Shown here: one piece after another, positions 11,608 to 29,458 of the stretch
Numbering within the stretch: the first letter of the stretch is position 1
Layout of the letters: each line of letters starts with the position of its first letter
NCBI GenBank assembly: GCA_964016885.1
Contig: OZ024742.1
Coordinates: 65,472,001-65,536,000, forward strand
DNA: 64,000 nt
Source: Eledone cirrhosa
Taxonomy: Eukaryota
Direction: 5' to 3'
Position numbers and translations under genes: made by a program
The notes under the pieces: generated by a model
Told to the model about the DNA's origin: nothing
The model's database searches: none
What the model saw: only the letters and a program-made list of their open reading frames with translations

Positions 11608-13040
11608 TTGGTTCCACTTCCACTTCCACTTCCTTTAAAGCAAGATTTTATAATCACAATTCGTCTTTTAAATACCAACTTAAAAGAACTAACACGGCTC
11701 TCTCAGAACTCATATGGTCCTTAAAGGACAAAAATATTAACTACAACATTTCTTGAAGGATGGTTTGCAACGCCTCTCCTTACCTGAATTCTTCCCTATC
11801 CAGAACATGTAATCTCTGCCTAGCCGAGAAATTTACCATTATCTCTAATTTTAATTCTATAATAAATAGACATACGGATTTATTTTCGTTCTGCTTGCAT
11901 AAATCCCATAGAACTTTCCATAAAGTATAGAGCTAATATCTTACTACCTAATTAGTTTAAAATCTTTTTCTCAAACGCTTTTATATCTTTTACAAATATA
12001 CCCATCTGTCTACCTTATTTCAGTATATTATACAATTTAGTCATTCTATGTCGTTAGCGGTCCCCTATTTTTCTTCTTTTTTATCCTTTTTTTCTTTTTT
12101 AATTTCTAATCTTTAATCCTCAACTTTTACTTCCCAATTACTTCTTAATTCATATTATAACTCACTATAGCATTTTCCTTATATTCTCGGCCATACACAT
12201 TTTTATTTTTAATATATACTAATATTACCATTAGTAAATTTTGTAAACATATATATATATTTTTTTCTTTTGACGTTATATATTTTTTCTTCCTTGAATT
12301 TTCTTCTTCCTTCTCTCCTTCCGTGCTCGTATTAAACCTATTATTTACTTTTTCCTATTACAATACATAGAAACAAACTTGGACCCTAACTAATTCCTCT
12401 AAGTTCATAATTCATTTTACCTTTTCTTCATTCACCTTATCTCCTTAATATTTTTTATTTAAATAATACATTTTAATAAATTCCTTTTCGCACATATTAT
12501 TAAACCCTTCAATATATAAACCTTAAATAAATAGTATTCTTAATTCCTTTTTCTTTAATCATAAGCATCACCATTCATAAACCTCATTATTTTTCAATTT
12601 TAACATTTAAAAAAAATTATGTATTATCTTACAACGGTTTTTTAAAATTTCTCTCTGTGAGACAGTGTTTCTCAGTATTAAAAGTTATCACTCTCTCTCA
12701 CTCATTTCTCCTCCTCTCTCACCTTTCCTTCTTATACTCCTCCTCCGTCATCCTTTCCTCATTATTATATATTTTTTCTTATTATATTCTTTCTTCCTCT
12801 TCCTTACCTTTTCCTTCCCCCCCTTCCTTTTCTTTTTTTCCCAATCTCATATATCCATCTTATTTTATTTTTCATATGTTGATTTAACACTTCACTGCTC
12901 ACAAGTGTTTTTTAAGCTTCATATCATGTCTCCCTATTTTATCTGATGAGAACGCAAATATCATCCCATGATGATATTTGTTTTTGAAATGCGCATAATA
13001 AAATACATGGAACTCTTTTAACCATCTTTTGATTTTATAT
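11608..13040 (+). mobile_element. 5'-truncated Naiad-like PLE family A (GIY-YIG C-half, 3' UTR, HHR)
   Basis: GSTSTSTSFKARFYNHNSSFKYQLKRTNTALSELIWSLKDKNI...CNLCLAEKF...CLHKSHRTFHKV* (stop near 11930) is highly similar to the 49256 ORF; both ends abut (TA)n. Confidence 0.9.
12935..13005 (+). ncRNA. Type I hammerhead ribozyme, family A
   Basis: tattttat-CTGATGA-gaacgcaaatatcat..atgatatttgttttt-GAAA-tgcgca-TA-ataaaata. Confidence 0.88.
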
Positions 13041-13084
13041 TATATATATGTGTGTGTGTGTATGTATATATATATTTATATATA

Positions 13085-13119
<35 letters not shown>

Positions 13120-13340
13120 GAAAATTAGAGTTAAAACTCCAATTGAAACCCTGTAACTATTAAGCTCCAAGTATAAAATACTGAGCCGATTAATAATATA
13201 TATGCAGTAAGAAACACAGTAAACCGCGTGTCTAATATTACAAAGGTTGAAAAACCACATTTGTTTGAAATATTTAACCAAAAAGCAGACAGAATGATAA
13301 AATAAAAATATATTATTATACAAACCGCCTCAATAACCAT

Positions 13341-13418
13341 TATATCGCTCGGACAGATTATCCCTAATCTGTTTCGCCCTGAGTGTGTTTGTAACAGGTA
13401 ATCCTTAGGCATCATCAG

Positions 13419-13426
<8 letters not shown>
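13341..13426 (-). ncRNA. Type I hammerhead ribozyme with full stem III
   Basis: atatcg-CTGATGA-tgcctaag...ctcagggc-GAAA-cagatta(ggga)taatctg-TC-cgagcgatata; lies in a 300-bp island (13119-13420) between (TA)n arrays. Confidence 0.8.
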
Positions 13427-13484
<58 letters not shown>

Positions 13485-13879
13485 ATGTGTGTGTGTGTTT
13501 GTGTGTGTATGTATGTGTATATATATATATATAAAGTCTGCGATGCGAGACGGACAGACCACAAGCCAGGGGACTACCTTATGCATGTGAAGAAGGATGT
13601 GTGTAGAGAGGAAGGTAAAAACTTGAACGCTTAGCGGAATACAAGCCGAAACTGCTAGGCGCCGTGGTCCTGCTTTTACCTTTCACCCCCCTCTCTCTCT
13701 CTGCATGTGGTATGTGTGTGTATGAAGGTTGCGTGAGGGTGGGGTGGGTGGCGGTGAAAGTTGGCAAGGTTGGCAAGCCAGTGATGACAGGTGGAATTCC
13801 CATTGCAAACTTCATGTGAGAAATTTCATAACACTTTGAGGGGTCCCCCCCCCCCCACACACACACACGCACACACATC

Positions 13880-14170
13880 ACAACCACCAGCACCACCACC
13901 AGCACCACCAGCACCACCAGCACCACCAACTCCACCACCACCACCACCACCACCACCACCACCACCACCACCACCACCACCACCACCACCACCACCAACT
14001 CCACCACCACTACCACCACCACCACCACCACCACCACCACCACCACCACCACCACCACCACCACCACCACCACCACCACCAGTGCCACCAGCACCAGCAC
14101 CAGCACCAGCACCAGCACCACCAGCACCACCACCACCACCAACACCGCCATCGCCAGCACCACCACAACC
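13880..14170. repeat. (CCA)n trinucleotide array with CAG/CAA variants
   Basis: Direct reading. Confidence 0.95.
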
Positions 14171-14256
14171 CCCCATCACCAGTATTATCATCCTTACGTT
14201 TTCCTCACTTTCTACCTCGTCGTCATCATTGTGGGTTCCTAAATATTCACAGCGCA

Positions 14257-16495
<2,239 letters not shown>

Positions 16496-16901
16496 ACTGT
16501 GCTACAGTTATATACGTGTGTAGAAATCAACGTAACAGTATGTAAGTATGTGCATATCATACACACCATATTATACACACTATATTATACACACTATATT
16601 ATACACACTATATTATACACACTATATTATACACACTATATTATATACATAATCATGCTGATGGTCCTTAATGAAGCCAGTGATTGAAATGTGAAAATTC
16701 CTACTTAATTAACGAGTAAACACCCCTTACCCACCTAATCACCACTTTATTATTGATTGCAAAGCATGGTTATTCATCATCCAAACATTCTTCTTCTTCT
16801 TCTTCTTCTTCTTCTTCTTCTTCTTCTTCTTCTTCTTCTTCTTCTTCTTCTGTACGTGTGTGTGTTGGAATATATATATACACACACACACACACATACA
16901 C

Positions 16902-16987
<86 letters not shown>

Positions 16988-16988
<1 letters not shown>

Positions 16989-18955
16989 GACGGCGTTGAA
17001 TTTGTTTTGCGAGGTTTTTGATATGAAATCGTGTGTCGAAACAACTATTGTTATACTTGGGGAGGGTCATATTGTAATACTATTGCCAGAAATAATAACA
17101 GAACACATTCACTGTTTGGTTGGTTTTCGCTTCTGCATCTTTTATGTCTCCATAGTTAATTCATTTGGCCATCAATGTTTATCATTGACTGACCAACGGT
17201 CAAAAATACAGATATAAATATATATATATAGTCTAACAAAGTTCTTTCGTTGCACATCTGCAGTGGTACTATTATCATGTTTCCTCCTATTGTGTCATGT
17301 TTACGCCATTATTATTTTATCTATTTATTTATTTTTGCCTCCGTCTCTGCGCATGCGCGTGTGTATAGTGTTTGGCGTATGTGTTCGCGTTTGGGTGTAT
17401 GTGTTTTGGTTATTGTATTCTATCTTTGTTTATTAGTGTGTGTTTATATGTGTTTGTTGTTATTGTGCTTGTGTATATATTTATTTATTTATTTATTTAT
17501 ATTTCTCTTAAGTCAGTATTGTTTGTTTGGGTAATGTTGTTGGTGTTATTCCATTCATTTTTCTGTTTAGCTTTGGCTTTCTAAGCTTTATTTCGCACGC
17601 TTCTCTGATTTACCAACCTGTTTGGTCATTTCTATGTTTAGATATTATTTTAATTTCTATGTTGTCTATGTTACCATCATGTTGTCTGGCGAGTTCGTAT
17701 AGTACTGAACCATTTTTTTTGTCCTTTTAATTCGCCCCTGTGTTGGTTTATTCTTTCTCCTATGCTTCGAGCTGTCTCACCTATGTATGTCGTTGTCATG
17801 TTTCTGCAGGAACCCTCTATACATCTTATGCTATAGACTACGTTTCTAGTTTTACAGTTTATCTGGGGGTTTACTTTACATATAACACATTTCTTATTAG
17901 TACAGTGGGTTTTATTAAAGGGGTATGTTTTGCTGATCAGGGATTTTATGGTAGTTCCTGGCTTTTCTACCACTTTAATCTTTAAGTGGGTCTTTCTTAG
18001 AGCCTTTCTACATTGGTTAGCTAATTTCCCTCCAGGGGTAGCATCCACGAACATGACACTCTGGTATCTCTGGTTGTCGTACCATGAGGTGGCTTTCCCT
18101 ATCTTATGTTTAGTCCTATCTAAGCTATTCCATGTTTGCTCCTGTATAATGGGCAAATTCCTTTCATGTCCAGTTCTATGAGGGTCTTATACTTCTCCGT
18201 GGCTTCTTTGTATACTCTGATTCTGTCTCTTTGGTTGTAGCCAGAGAACTGCTTGTGGTTGAGGAAGTATTGGATGCGTCTTTCCATTTCTGTTGCGGGA
18301 CACCTTCTTCATCACTCGTGCCAAGTCTGCGATCAGAATATTAAACTTAGCACTACTGGACATTGCTGTGTTTTTGATTATCAGGTATTTGGAGGCCATG
18401 GGTTTAGCATAGTGTGAGTGGAGAATTTGGACCCTCTCGTCTATAGTGTTAATCCAGAGTTCCGTGTCTAATATAGCTAGTCTATTGTTAGGGTGTTTGG
18501 AAGGGTAGTCGATAGTTACAGTTATACTCTGGTGTATGGAGTTAGCTATCTGCTGGATGCTTTCCATTGTGCTATATTCTAAATCATGTTCGTTAGTACT
18601 CTCTTGGGGGGGGGGGGTCCTTGTTACTATATTACTTGGGGGGGGGGGTTGTCTACCTCTTATGGGTCTACTGGGCAGAAACGGCTAAGGTCATGGCTAC
18701 CTAGGTACTCGGTGTCATAAGTAAGTCTAAGTAGGAGGCTCAGTTCATCGGTGTTGACGTCGCAGAACTCCACCTCCCTCTCACTGATTATTTCCACACA
18801 TTTTTCTACAGTCAATGATAAACATTGATGGACAAATGAATTAACTATGGAGATATGAAAGATAAAAGATGCAGAAGCAAACACCAACCAAACAGTGAGT
18901 GTGTTCTGTTATTATTTCTGACAATAGTATTACAACAATATGACCCTCCCCAATA
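16988..18955 (-). mobile_element. Neptune-like PLE, internally deleted, with inverted terminal segments (about 17057-17191 / 18809-18953)
   Basis: RT thumb TIDYPSKHPNNRLAILDTELW...HYAKPMASK (18187-18567); Cys linker CTNKKCVIC and GIY-YIG CKTRNVVYSIRC...YIGETARSIGERINQH (17677-18156). Confidence 0.85.
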
Positions 18956-19279
18956 TGTACATATTAACTACTAGTTAGTAGAGGAATAGTTTGAGGGAAA
19001 TTTAGCTGTTATTTCTAGTAGTGTTAGAAGGTGTTGTTGACAGTTGGTGAGAGATCGTGGTAATGGTAGTTGACATTGAACAATATCATGGAAGACATAT
19101 TCCAAAATTATAACAAAAGCATGAAGAACACTGCGCCAAAAATATGTCTCACTGTCTCCAGAAACACAATGGCTGCTCTGGGGTGACATAAGAGGCGGTG
19201 GAGTAGGAGCAGGAGCAAAGGTAGGCGGGGTATTCACTACAAACATTCAATTGTTGCTATTGCTCTACCACCACATACA

Positions 19280-19325
<46 letters not shown>

Positions 19326-19341
19326 TGTATGTGTGTGTATG

Positions 19342-19383
<42 letters not shown>

Positions 19384-19923
19384 TACACACACACACACAC
19401 ATATATATATACAGAGAGATAAGAAGCATTATTGATATAACACTACTCTGTTGTATATATGTATATATATGTATATACGTTTATCTTACATATATTTATG
19501 TATGTCTAATACATATATGTATATATATATATGTATATACTCCTATACACACACATCTACATACATACAGGCACATATATATATTTACATATACATATAT
19601 AAAATATGTATATTGTCCTCATATTCTACGACATTCTACATTTTTGAGATGAAGGTGACTTTTAATGCAACGAGAGGCATTTAGAAAATTTCACTTCACA
19701 CTTTCAGCTCGGTTCAAGAGATCGATTTTATATGATCCACCTCTCTTTCTCTACACACCATGTCCCCGTCTATCTGGTTTCTCTTCTCACCTCTTTCTTT
19801 TTCCCATCCTACTTTCTCTTTTCTCTCACACCTATTCTCTCGCTTTTTTTTCTTCTTCATTTCCCCCTACTTTCTTTCTGACATATCCTTCTAGCACAGG
19901 GGATGTGAATCTCTCTCTCTCTC

Positions 19924-19967
<44 letters not shown>

Positions 19968-20090
19968 CCTCTCTCTCTCTATCTCTCTTTCTCTCTCTCT
20001 CTCCCTCTCTCTCTCTCTATCTCTCTCTCTATCTATCTATCTATCTATGTATCTATCTATGTATCTATCTATTTATCTATCTATCTATCG

Positions 20091-20185
<95 letters not shown>

Positions 20186-20279
20186 GAGAGAGAGATAGAG
20201 AGATAGATAGATAGATACATAGATAGATAGGTACACACACACATATACTTAAGCTCTTCACCAAGATTCGCCAGTAGAA

Positions 20280-20730
20280 GCAGAAATCTCCCACAAGACG
20301 GATTCATGTCATATCGATTTACCACCGACCACATTTCTGCCCTCCGTCTCATTATTGAAGGATCTCGGGAGTTCGGCAGAGACCGCCACCTCTACGTCGC
20401 TTTCTAGACGGCTTTTGACACAGTCGACGAAGCATACCTCTGGAAAATTCTCAAGCTTATCGGCACGTCTTCACCACCCTGTTCCAACAGCTCTATAGCA
20501 GCTCCGAGAGTTGCGTGCGGGTGAACGGGAAGGACTCCGACTAGTTCCCCATGAAAAGAGGGGTCAGACAGGGTTGCGTGTCTGCCACCGAGACTATCTG
20601 ATGTCCAAGGTCTGTTAGCGAGTTTCTGGCGTTACCTTCGGGAATACCACTTACTGACGTGGAGTACGCGGACGACACCACCCTATTCAGTAACTCGATC
20701 GATCAGCTCAGGGATGTACTACCGCATTGT
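20280..20730 (+). mobile_element. Decayed RTE-clade RT fragment
   Basis: Hand translation GFMSYRFTTDHISALRLIIE, AFDTV, VRVNGKDS, RGVRQGCV, DVEYADDTTL with frameshifts. Confidence 0.8.
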
Positions 20731-20911
20731 ACCGGCCTTTTGAAAACTATCGGACTTTTACACCCCCCCCCCCCTCCCCCCATATAAATATATATATATA
20801 TATATATATATGCTAGCGTGGAAGATAGACGTTAAACGATGATGATGTTGATATATATATATATATATATATAATTATGGTGCTCTGAAATAGCTATATA
20901 TATATGAATGT

Positions 20912-21503
<592 letters not shown>

Positions 21504-21506
21504 GTA

Positions 21507-21591
<85 letters not shown>

Positions 21592-21620
21592 ATATGTATA
21601 TATATATATATGTATATATG

Positions 21621-22080
<460 letters not shown>

Positions 22081-23179
22081 AGCAATATATATATATTGAA
22101 AGCAGCAAACTTGTTTGAACGTCGAATACAATCCTTTGCGGTATTTGTTGCACACTGAGTTCAAATCCCAACAAGGTCAACTTTGCTTTTCATCCTTTCG
22201 AGGCCAATAAAACATAATACCGCTGTAGTCATTGGCTCGATTTTTCTTCTGTATATCTTCCTTCATTTCCTACCCGTTCTCCTTCTCTGGAAGAAATCGG
22301 TTGTGTTCAGACCTGGTGAGGAATGGGCTCCGCCAGGTTTAATATGTCCACGATGGCACCCCTATGTCTCCATCTAGAGTTACAGCTCCATATATAATAA
22401 CTGTATGTATCTATCTCTCCCTTATCTCACTCATTGATATTTAGATATAATCCTCCCTCTGTCTCACACTCTCACGTACTCTCCGTCATTCTATTAAAAT
22501 AAGATTCTTTTGATTATCTCATCATTTTCTTCTAAATCTCTTTATTTTTCTTTCATACCTCCCCACCCTAAAACACAACACACCCACCCTGCCTGCTCTT
22601 GCGTACGCACACAGAAATATCCCCTCCACACAAGTATATATCTATTAGAGAATTCGGAAATAATGCTTCATTGGTCTTTCCATTGCTTATATACCTGGCA
22701 ATCGTGACTACTTGTAGAAGGAGTAACATGGAATGAAGGGTTTTGTTTCAGAACACAACGCGCCACCCGGTCTAGGAATCGAACACCCTAACCACAAGAC
22801 CACGTGTATTCACCCCCACCCCCAGATACATATATTTTTTCCCCGGAGAGCCGACATATGTCAAGTAATATATTTTGGTTATTTGCACCAACAAGGCTAA
22901 GATTAAAATTATGGCTTGTGTTTGTCAATGTAGTATTGCCTGTATTTTTTTCAAACGTCTTTGTCCGTGCAACAAACACTTATGTTTTGTTGTCTAGTTT
23001 AAATTTTGAGTTAATGTTTTCCAATTTTTTTCTTAAGTGAGCGATCACTGCTGCTACTATTGTGGCCACTACTGCACGCCTCTAAACCAAAAGAGCTCTA
23101 TTTTGATTGAGTAACACGTTAATGTTTACAACGATCTATAATTTGACACATCCAAGGACAAACATTATTTTCTACCTGG

Positions 23180-23362
23180 AGGTGAATTGGCAGTATCGGG
23201 AGAGGGTCGGACATGCTTTCCAGCATAGTTACGTCCCCTTACCATCTGAGTTCAAATCCTGCCGAGGTTAACTTTGCCTTTCATCCATACGGGGTCGATA
23301 AAATAAAGTACCAGTAACGTACTGGGTAATTGCTGGCCTTGTGCCAAATGTAGAAACAATTA
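23180..23362 (+). mobile_element. Meta-like SINE
   Basis: Matches the 10113-10301 consensus; flanking direct repeat attattttctacctggaggt. Confidence 0.85.
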
Positions 23363-23825
23363 TTTTCTACCTGGAGGTAAACAAGGCGAATGCTGAACTT
23401 TTTCAAAGTCTTTAACCAGCAAAATAAAAAAAATCCCACAAAGAAACATTTATTCATTAAATACAAACGTGCTAAGCTTCGGGCTGTGTTGACACATCAG
23501 TTCATCTCCAAACACAATCATCAAACGCATCATCAACGACAACAAATGGTAACGACAACACAGAAAAGAAGAAGATAAGGAAGAAGAAGATAAAGAAGAA
23601 GAAGAAGAAGAAGACGGAGAAGAAGAAGAAGAAGAAGAAGAAGAAGAAGAAGAAAAAGGGCAAAATCAAACAAAATGCTAGGAAAAATAGTTTTAAAAAA
23701 TTGCATATAGATAATGACGGAAAAATTGCACACATACACCCGCGTAAACACATTAATTCTCGAACATGTGCATGCATACACACGCACCACACACATATGC
23801 ACACACATTGATAAACGAACATATG

Positions 23826-23859
<34 letters not shown>

Positions 23860-23902
23860 TATATATATATAAACACACACACACGCACATGTATATATAT
23901 AA

Positions 23903-23937
<35 letters not shown>

Positions 23938-24469
23938 AACATACAAATATGCTCGAAAAAATCAAAAAAAAAAACAAAAAAAAAACTGCCATTATAGCTG
24001 TATCGCTTTTTGACGAAACAGCTAGGTAGGATTACGTAGGGAGTTTCAATGGACTTAATTCGTGTCACACATCAGACATGGCGTCTTTCGGAAAGATGTA
24101 TCATATTGCAGCTATTAACTATATTTCTGCCATTTTGCTTTTCACGACTTTCCCGATCTTCTTACTGTTTAGTACTGCTGATGGGGTTTGCTGGGTGTAC
24201 AGACTGTTATTGTTGTTGGTGTTGGTAGTGATGATGCTTGTACTGGAAGTTGCTGGTTGTTATTGTTATCATTACTGTTGTTGTTATTGTTGTTGTTGTT
24301 GTTGTTGTTGGTAGTGATGGTTCTTGTACTGGAAGTTGCTGGTTGTTATTGTTATCATTACTGTTGTTGTTGTTGTTGTTGTTATTGTTGTTAGTGGTAG
24401 TGGTGGTTGACTGGTGGTGTTGGTTCTTATTGTTGATATTGCTGTTATTGCTGTTATTATTGTTGTTAT

Positions 24470-24595
24470 AGCCATTCTGAGTTCAAATCTCGCCGAGGTT
24501 AACTTTGCCTTTCATCTTACGGGGTCGATAAAATAAAGTACCAGTAATGCACTGGGTAATTTGCTGGCCTTGTGCCTAACGTAGAAACAATTATT
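24470..24595 (+). mobile_element. Meta-like SINE, 5'-truncated
   Basis: B-box through tail ...gtagaaacaatt. Confidence 0.85.
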
Positions 24596-25044
24596 GTTGT
24601 TATAGCTGTTGTTAGTGGCGGTGGCGTTTGTACTGGCACTGTTGTTGTTATTATTATTGTTGTTGTTGTAGTTGATGGTTGTGATGGTGGTTGTTATTGA
24701 TATTGTTTTTATTGTCGATGTTGCTGTTGTTGTTGATTAAATGCCTCGGTATGTGTTCCGGCAATTACCGTCCTGAGTTCAAATCCTGCCAAAGTCAACT
24801 TGACTTTTAAGCTCGTTAAAGTGTTGGGCGAAGCAGCCTACAATATTTGTTCCATCTTGAGTGCAAATCATTCTATGACAAACTTAATTGGTACAGTTAA
24901 TCCGTCGCACGGTTTAATACCCCCGACTGGCTCTTGGGGCATTTAACAGAGTCAATGTTGTTGCAAGCATTTTGGCCAGATTTCCCATCAATTTCGGAAG
25001 TCATGAAAGGAGCGCGGTAATATCTGTAAAACGCACGCTCACGT

Positions 25045-25080
<36 letters not shown>

Positions 25081-25499
25081 GCGCGCGCGCGTGTGTCTAA
25101 AAATACATTCAGAAACGTATTTCTAAGCATACTATTGAAAAAAGAAGGAATTTTAGAATAATACCAGCTAATATAATATTATGTAGAGTAACTGAATGAA
25201 TAAAACAACAAAAAAAAAAAACTAATTATACTGAGACACAATTGTGTTTCTGGTAACAGGGGTGAATATCACTCATCGGCCGTGGGGACAAACAGAATAA
25301 ATTCAAACTAGATTATCGAATCAAAGACAAGTTGAAATTTCACAGATTTGGAATCTCTTCACTTTTGCGTCAACAAGCACAGATTTAGCTGGAAGCCGGA
25401 ACTATAAATATTATATATCTAAGAACACAATGGAATCTTGGTGTATGTTTTATTTTAATGTCTATGTATATGTCTGGAGTGTTTATAATTTAGTTGGGC

Positions 25500-25566
<67 letters not shown>

Positions 25567-25752
25567 ATGTGTGTGTATGTGTGTGCGTGTGTGTGTGTGT
25601 GTGTATGTGTGCGCATGTGTGCATGTGAACGTATGTATGTGTGAGTACGTCTGGGTTTGTGTCCATATATATATATATATTTATATATGCATACACACAT
25701 ATTCATTCAGATGCATGAGTGTATCTATATATATATATATATACACTCATGC

Positions 25753-25847
<95 letters not shown>

Positions 25848-26157
25848 TATGCATCCTTGCCTACATATACATGAACTCATATACGAAAGAGAGGGAGAGA
25901 GAAAGAGAGAAAGAAAGAAAGAAAGAGAGAGCGGGTGTATGCATGCATGTAGATATATAGAATTGAATATGAGGGGGAGGGGTGCAGATATATTACTAAG
26001 AATGTGTTCTGCCAAAAGTTTGGTCAGAGGTTGGTACCGAAGACTTCCAGAGCTTCTCTACAGAATTACCTGTCGAGATAATGGTCCGACACTGTCATTG
26101 CTGTTCTCATCTAATATACTAATGTAGAACATACAGTGATGAATGGCAGGCTACCAT

Positions 26158-26198
26158 TGCTCCTCCTCCTCCTACCCCCCCTACCCCTACTACTACTT

Positions 26199-26271
<73 letters not shown>

Positions 26272-26305
26272 CGCCTCCGCCACCACCACCACCACCACCA
26301 CCACC

Positions 26306-26364
<59 letters not shown>

Positions 26365-26386
26365 CGCCTCCGCCACCACCACCACC

Positions 26387-26420
<34 letters not shown>

Positions 26421-26503
26421 TTACTACTACTACTACTACTACTACCGCCTCCACCACCATCACCACCACCACCACCACCACCACCACCACCACCACCACC
26501 ACC

Positions 26504-26570
<67 letters not shown>

Positions 26571-26695
26571 AGAATCATCTCAACCCCCTTAACACCATTA
26601 CCAGCATCGCTTTCGCTATCGCTGCCACCTACAATCACCATCACTACTACCACAACCACCATAATTCCCCCCTCCACCACCACCACCACCACCAC
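26158..26695. repeat. Alternating (CTA)n/(CCA)n trinucleotide array
   Basis: Three cycles of (CTA)n-CCG CCT CC(G/A)-(CCA)n. Confidence 0.95.
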
Positions 26696-26871
26696 TCATC
26701 CCCTACGACTAACTGTTGCAAAAGAACTGAAGATATATTAAGTCCTGGCTGCACGAGTTCGGTTCCAGTAACGGGACTTCTTAGTCACGCATCTTTGATA
26801 GGGAAAAAGAGAAGCGGAGACATTTTACGTGATTAGCTGATGTCGCACGGAAGATGAGAGGAGGGGGAGGA

Positions 26872-26954
<83 letters not shown>

Positions 26955-27777
26955 TGAGCGGAGGTAGGGAAAAATCTTCTGAAAAGATCGGGCTGCAAAT
27001 GTGTGTATATATTGTATGTATGTATGTATGTATGTATGTATGTATGTATGTATGTATGTGTGCATATATGTGGATACGTACGTACGTATGTATGTATGTA
27101 TGACTGTATATATGTTTGTATGTATGTATGTATGTATGTATGTATGTATGTATGTATGTATGTATCTATGTTTGTATGTATTTATGTATGTACCTACGTA
27201 TGTCTGTACGTATGTATGCATGTAAGTATGCATATAAGTATGTATGAATGTATGAATGTATGTATGCATGCATGTATGTTTGAGTATATGCATATATGTA
27301 CGTACTTACGTACGTACGTACGTATGTATGTACGTACGTATATATGTATATAACAAAAAAAAATTTAAACCAGCAGAAAAGGTAATTGCTTGTAAAAGAT
27401 ATTTAAAAAAATATTTTTTATTCCTTTTTAGCATCTTGGAAAATCACTCTTAAGGTGAAATAGTTCGCAACATTGGAAACGAAAGAGTTAAATGATAAAT
27501 ACAAAAAAAAATACACTATAAAAAGAAGAGGAAATATATAGGTATTGAAACTAGAAAGGGTTGGAAGAAGAGAGAAAATAATAAGATAGGGTGTTACGTG
27601 ATCGTTCAGGTAATCTGAGCATACACACACATTTATATTCTGATACACATGTGTAGACAAATGTATCATATATGTATGGTTATCTTTACAAACACGCACA
27701 CATACACACATATATTTGTATGTATATATATATATGTATATATGTATATATATGTGCGTGTATATATATATATGTGC

Positions 27778-27836
<59 letters not shown>

Positions 27837-27902
27837 TATATATATACATACACATATATATAATACATATAACGGAACAGCTTGATACGTAAATGCATGT
27901 AC

Positions 27903-27944
<42 letters not shown>

Positions 27945-28229
27945 GTACATGCATTTACGTATCAAGCTGTTCCGTTATATGTATGCATGTATATATATAT
28001 ATATATACATACACATGATTATACGCATTTACATATCAGGTAGTTCCGTTAATCGAACAATTGAACACTCAAGGTCGTAAACGACGAAGACTTATTCCCC
28101 GACGTCCTGTTATTGCTTCGAACAGTTATTGTTGTTGATAACAATGATGGTGATTAATAGTTATTACTTTCTCACAAGGGCCCAGGTTTCATAGAAGGAA
28201 TTAAATCTACCCTCAATACTTTACAGTAT

Positions 28230-28700
28230 TTAAATCCCGCCGAGGTTAACTTTGCCTTTCATCCTTACGGGGTCGATAAAATAAAGTACTAGTAATGCAC
28301 TGGGTAATTGCTGGCCTTGTGCCAAAAAGTAGAAACAATTATATACACTCCAGAAAGATGAAACTCCAAGTCGTCTTCGCTTGGATTTAAACTTCGACCC
28401 CAGTACTAGACTGGTACTTTTTTTATCGACCTCGAAACGATGAAGGCAAAGTTGACCTCGCAGAGAACCGGAACGAATACCATAAAGAATTCTATCCGAC
28501 GTTCTAATGACTCTACCAATTCGCCGAAAAGGTAAAGGATCTTAATTAAATACCACACAAATTTTGGTGAGGGAGGGATTAGTCGGTAAAATTGACCCTT
28601 AGTACTTGGTTGGTCCTTTTTTTATCTACCCAAGGAAGATGAAAGGTTAAATAGAACATCGAGGGAATTGGAAGTCGGAACGCAAATGGATGTAACTAAA
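28230..28700. mobile_element. Cluster of Meta-like SINE fragments (one +, two or three -)
   Basis: Core GCCTTTCATCC..GGTCGATAAA or its reverse complement repeated. Confidence 0.75.
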
Positions 28701-29361
28701 TACGATTCACTCGAGCTGTAAACTTTATAGTAGTTGTTACTTAGCCCCAGGTCAGTTGTAATGAAGTAGAGATATTTCAACCGTGACCATACCATTACCA
28801 TACCGTGACCATACCATTTTTGTTTTGCCGCAGTATATTTAGGACCACATTATCTAATGCGTCATTTCTGGGTTAAGTTCAAAAGCGGGACTTGATGAGA
28901 TTTTGGCTACCATAAAAAAGTCGACCTCAGCACACCAAAAGCCAGATTGAAGACCGCAAACCATACCATCCCACGTCTTAACGACTCTGCCAATTCGCTG
29001 TCTCGGAGTTGACTAATACGCCAACGTCATCGAACTGTTATAAAGAGAAATCAACCAAATTTTCAAACTAAACTATATACCGTCTTAAAAAATTGAGTTA
29101 CATTGGATAAAGTACGAAATGATTTTGATTGTAAGTATTTTCTGTCAGCACTGACCTGTGGCTAAATAAAAAGAGCATCTTTAAATTTAAATTCATTAAT
29201 TCACCAACGAGGAAACTTCAGTGTGGTTGTATTAGTCTACTCCGAGGAAGCGAATTGGCAGAGTCGTTAAGACGTGGGATGGTATGCTTTGCGGTCTTCA
29301 ATCTGGCTTTTGGAGCACTGAGGTCGACTTTGTTTTTCATCCTGGTATCGATTATTTCTCT

Positions 29362-29458
<97 letters not shown>

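Noticed and set aside
11754-11756. Second in-frame TGA in a Naiad-like copy
   Set aside because: It aligns with Trp (IFWKK in the 49256 ORF), so TGG>TGA decay rather than Sec
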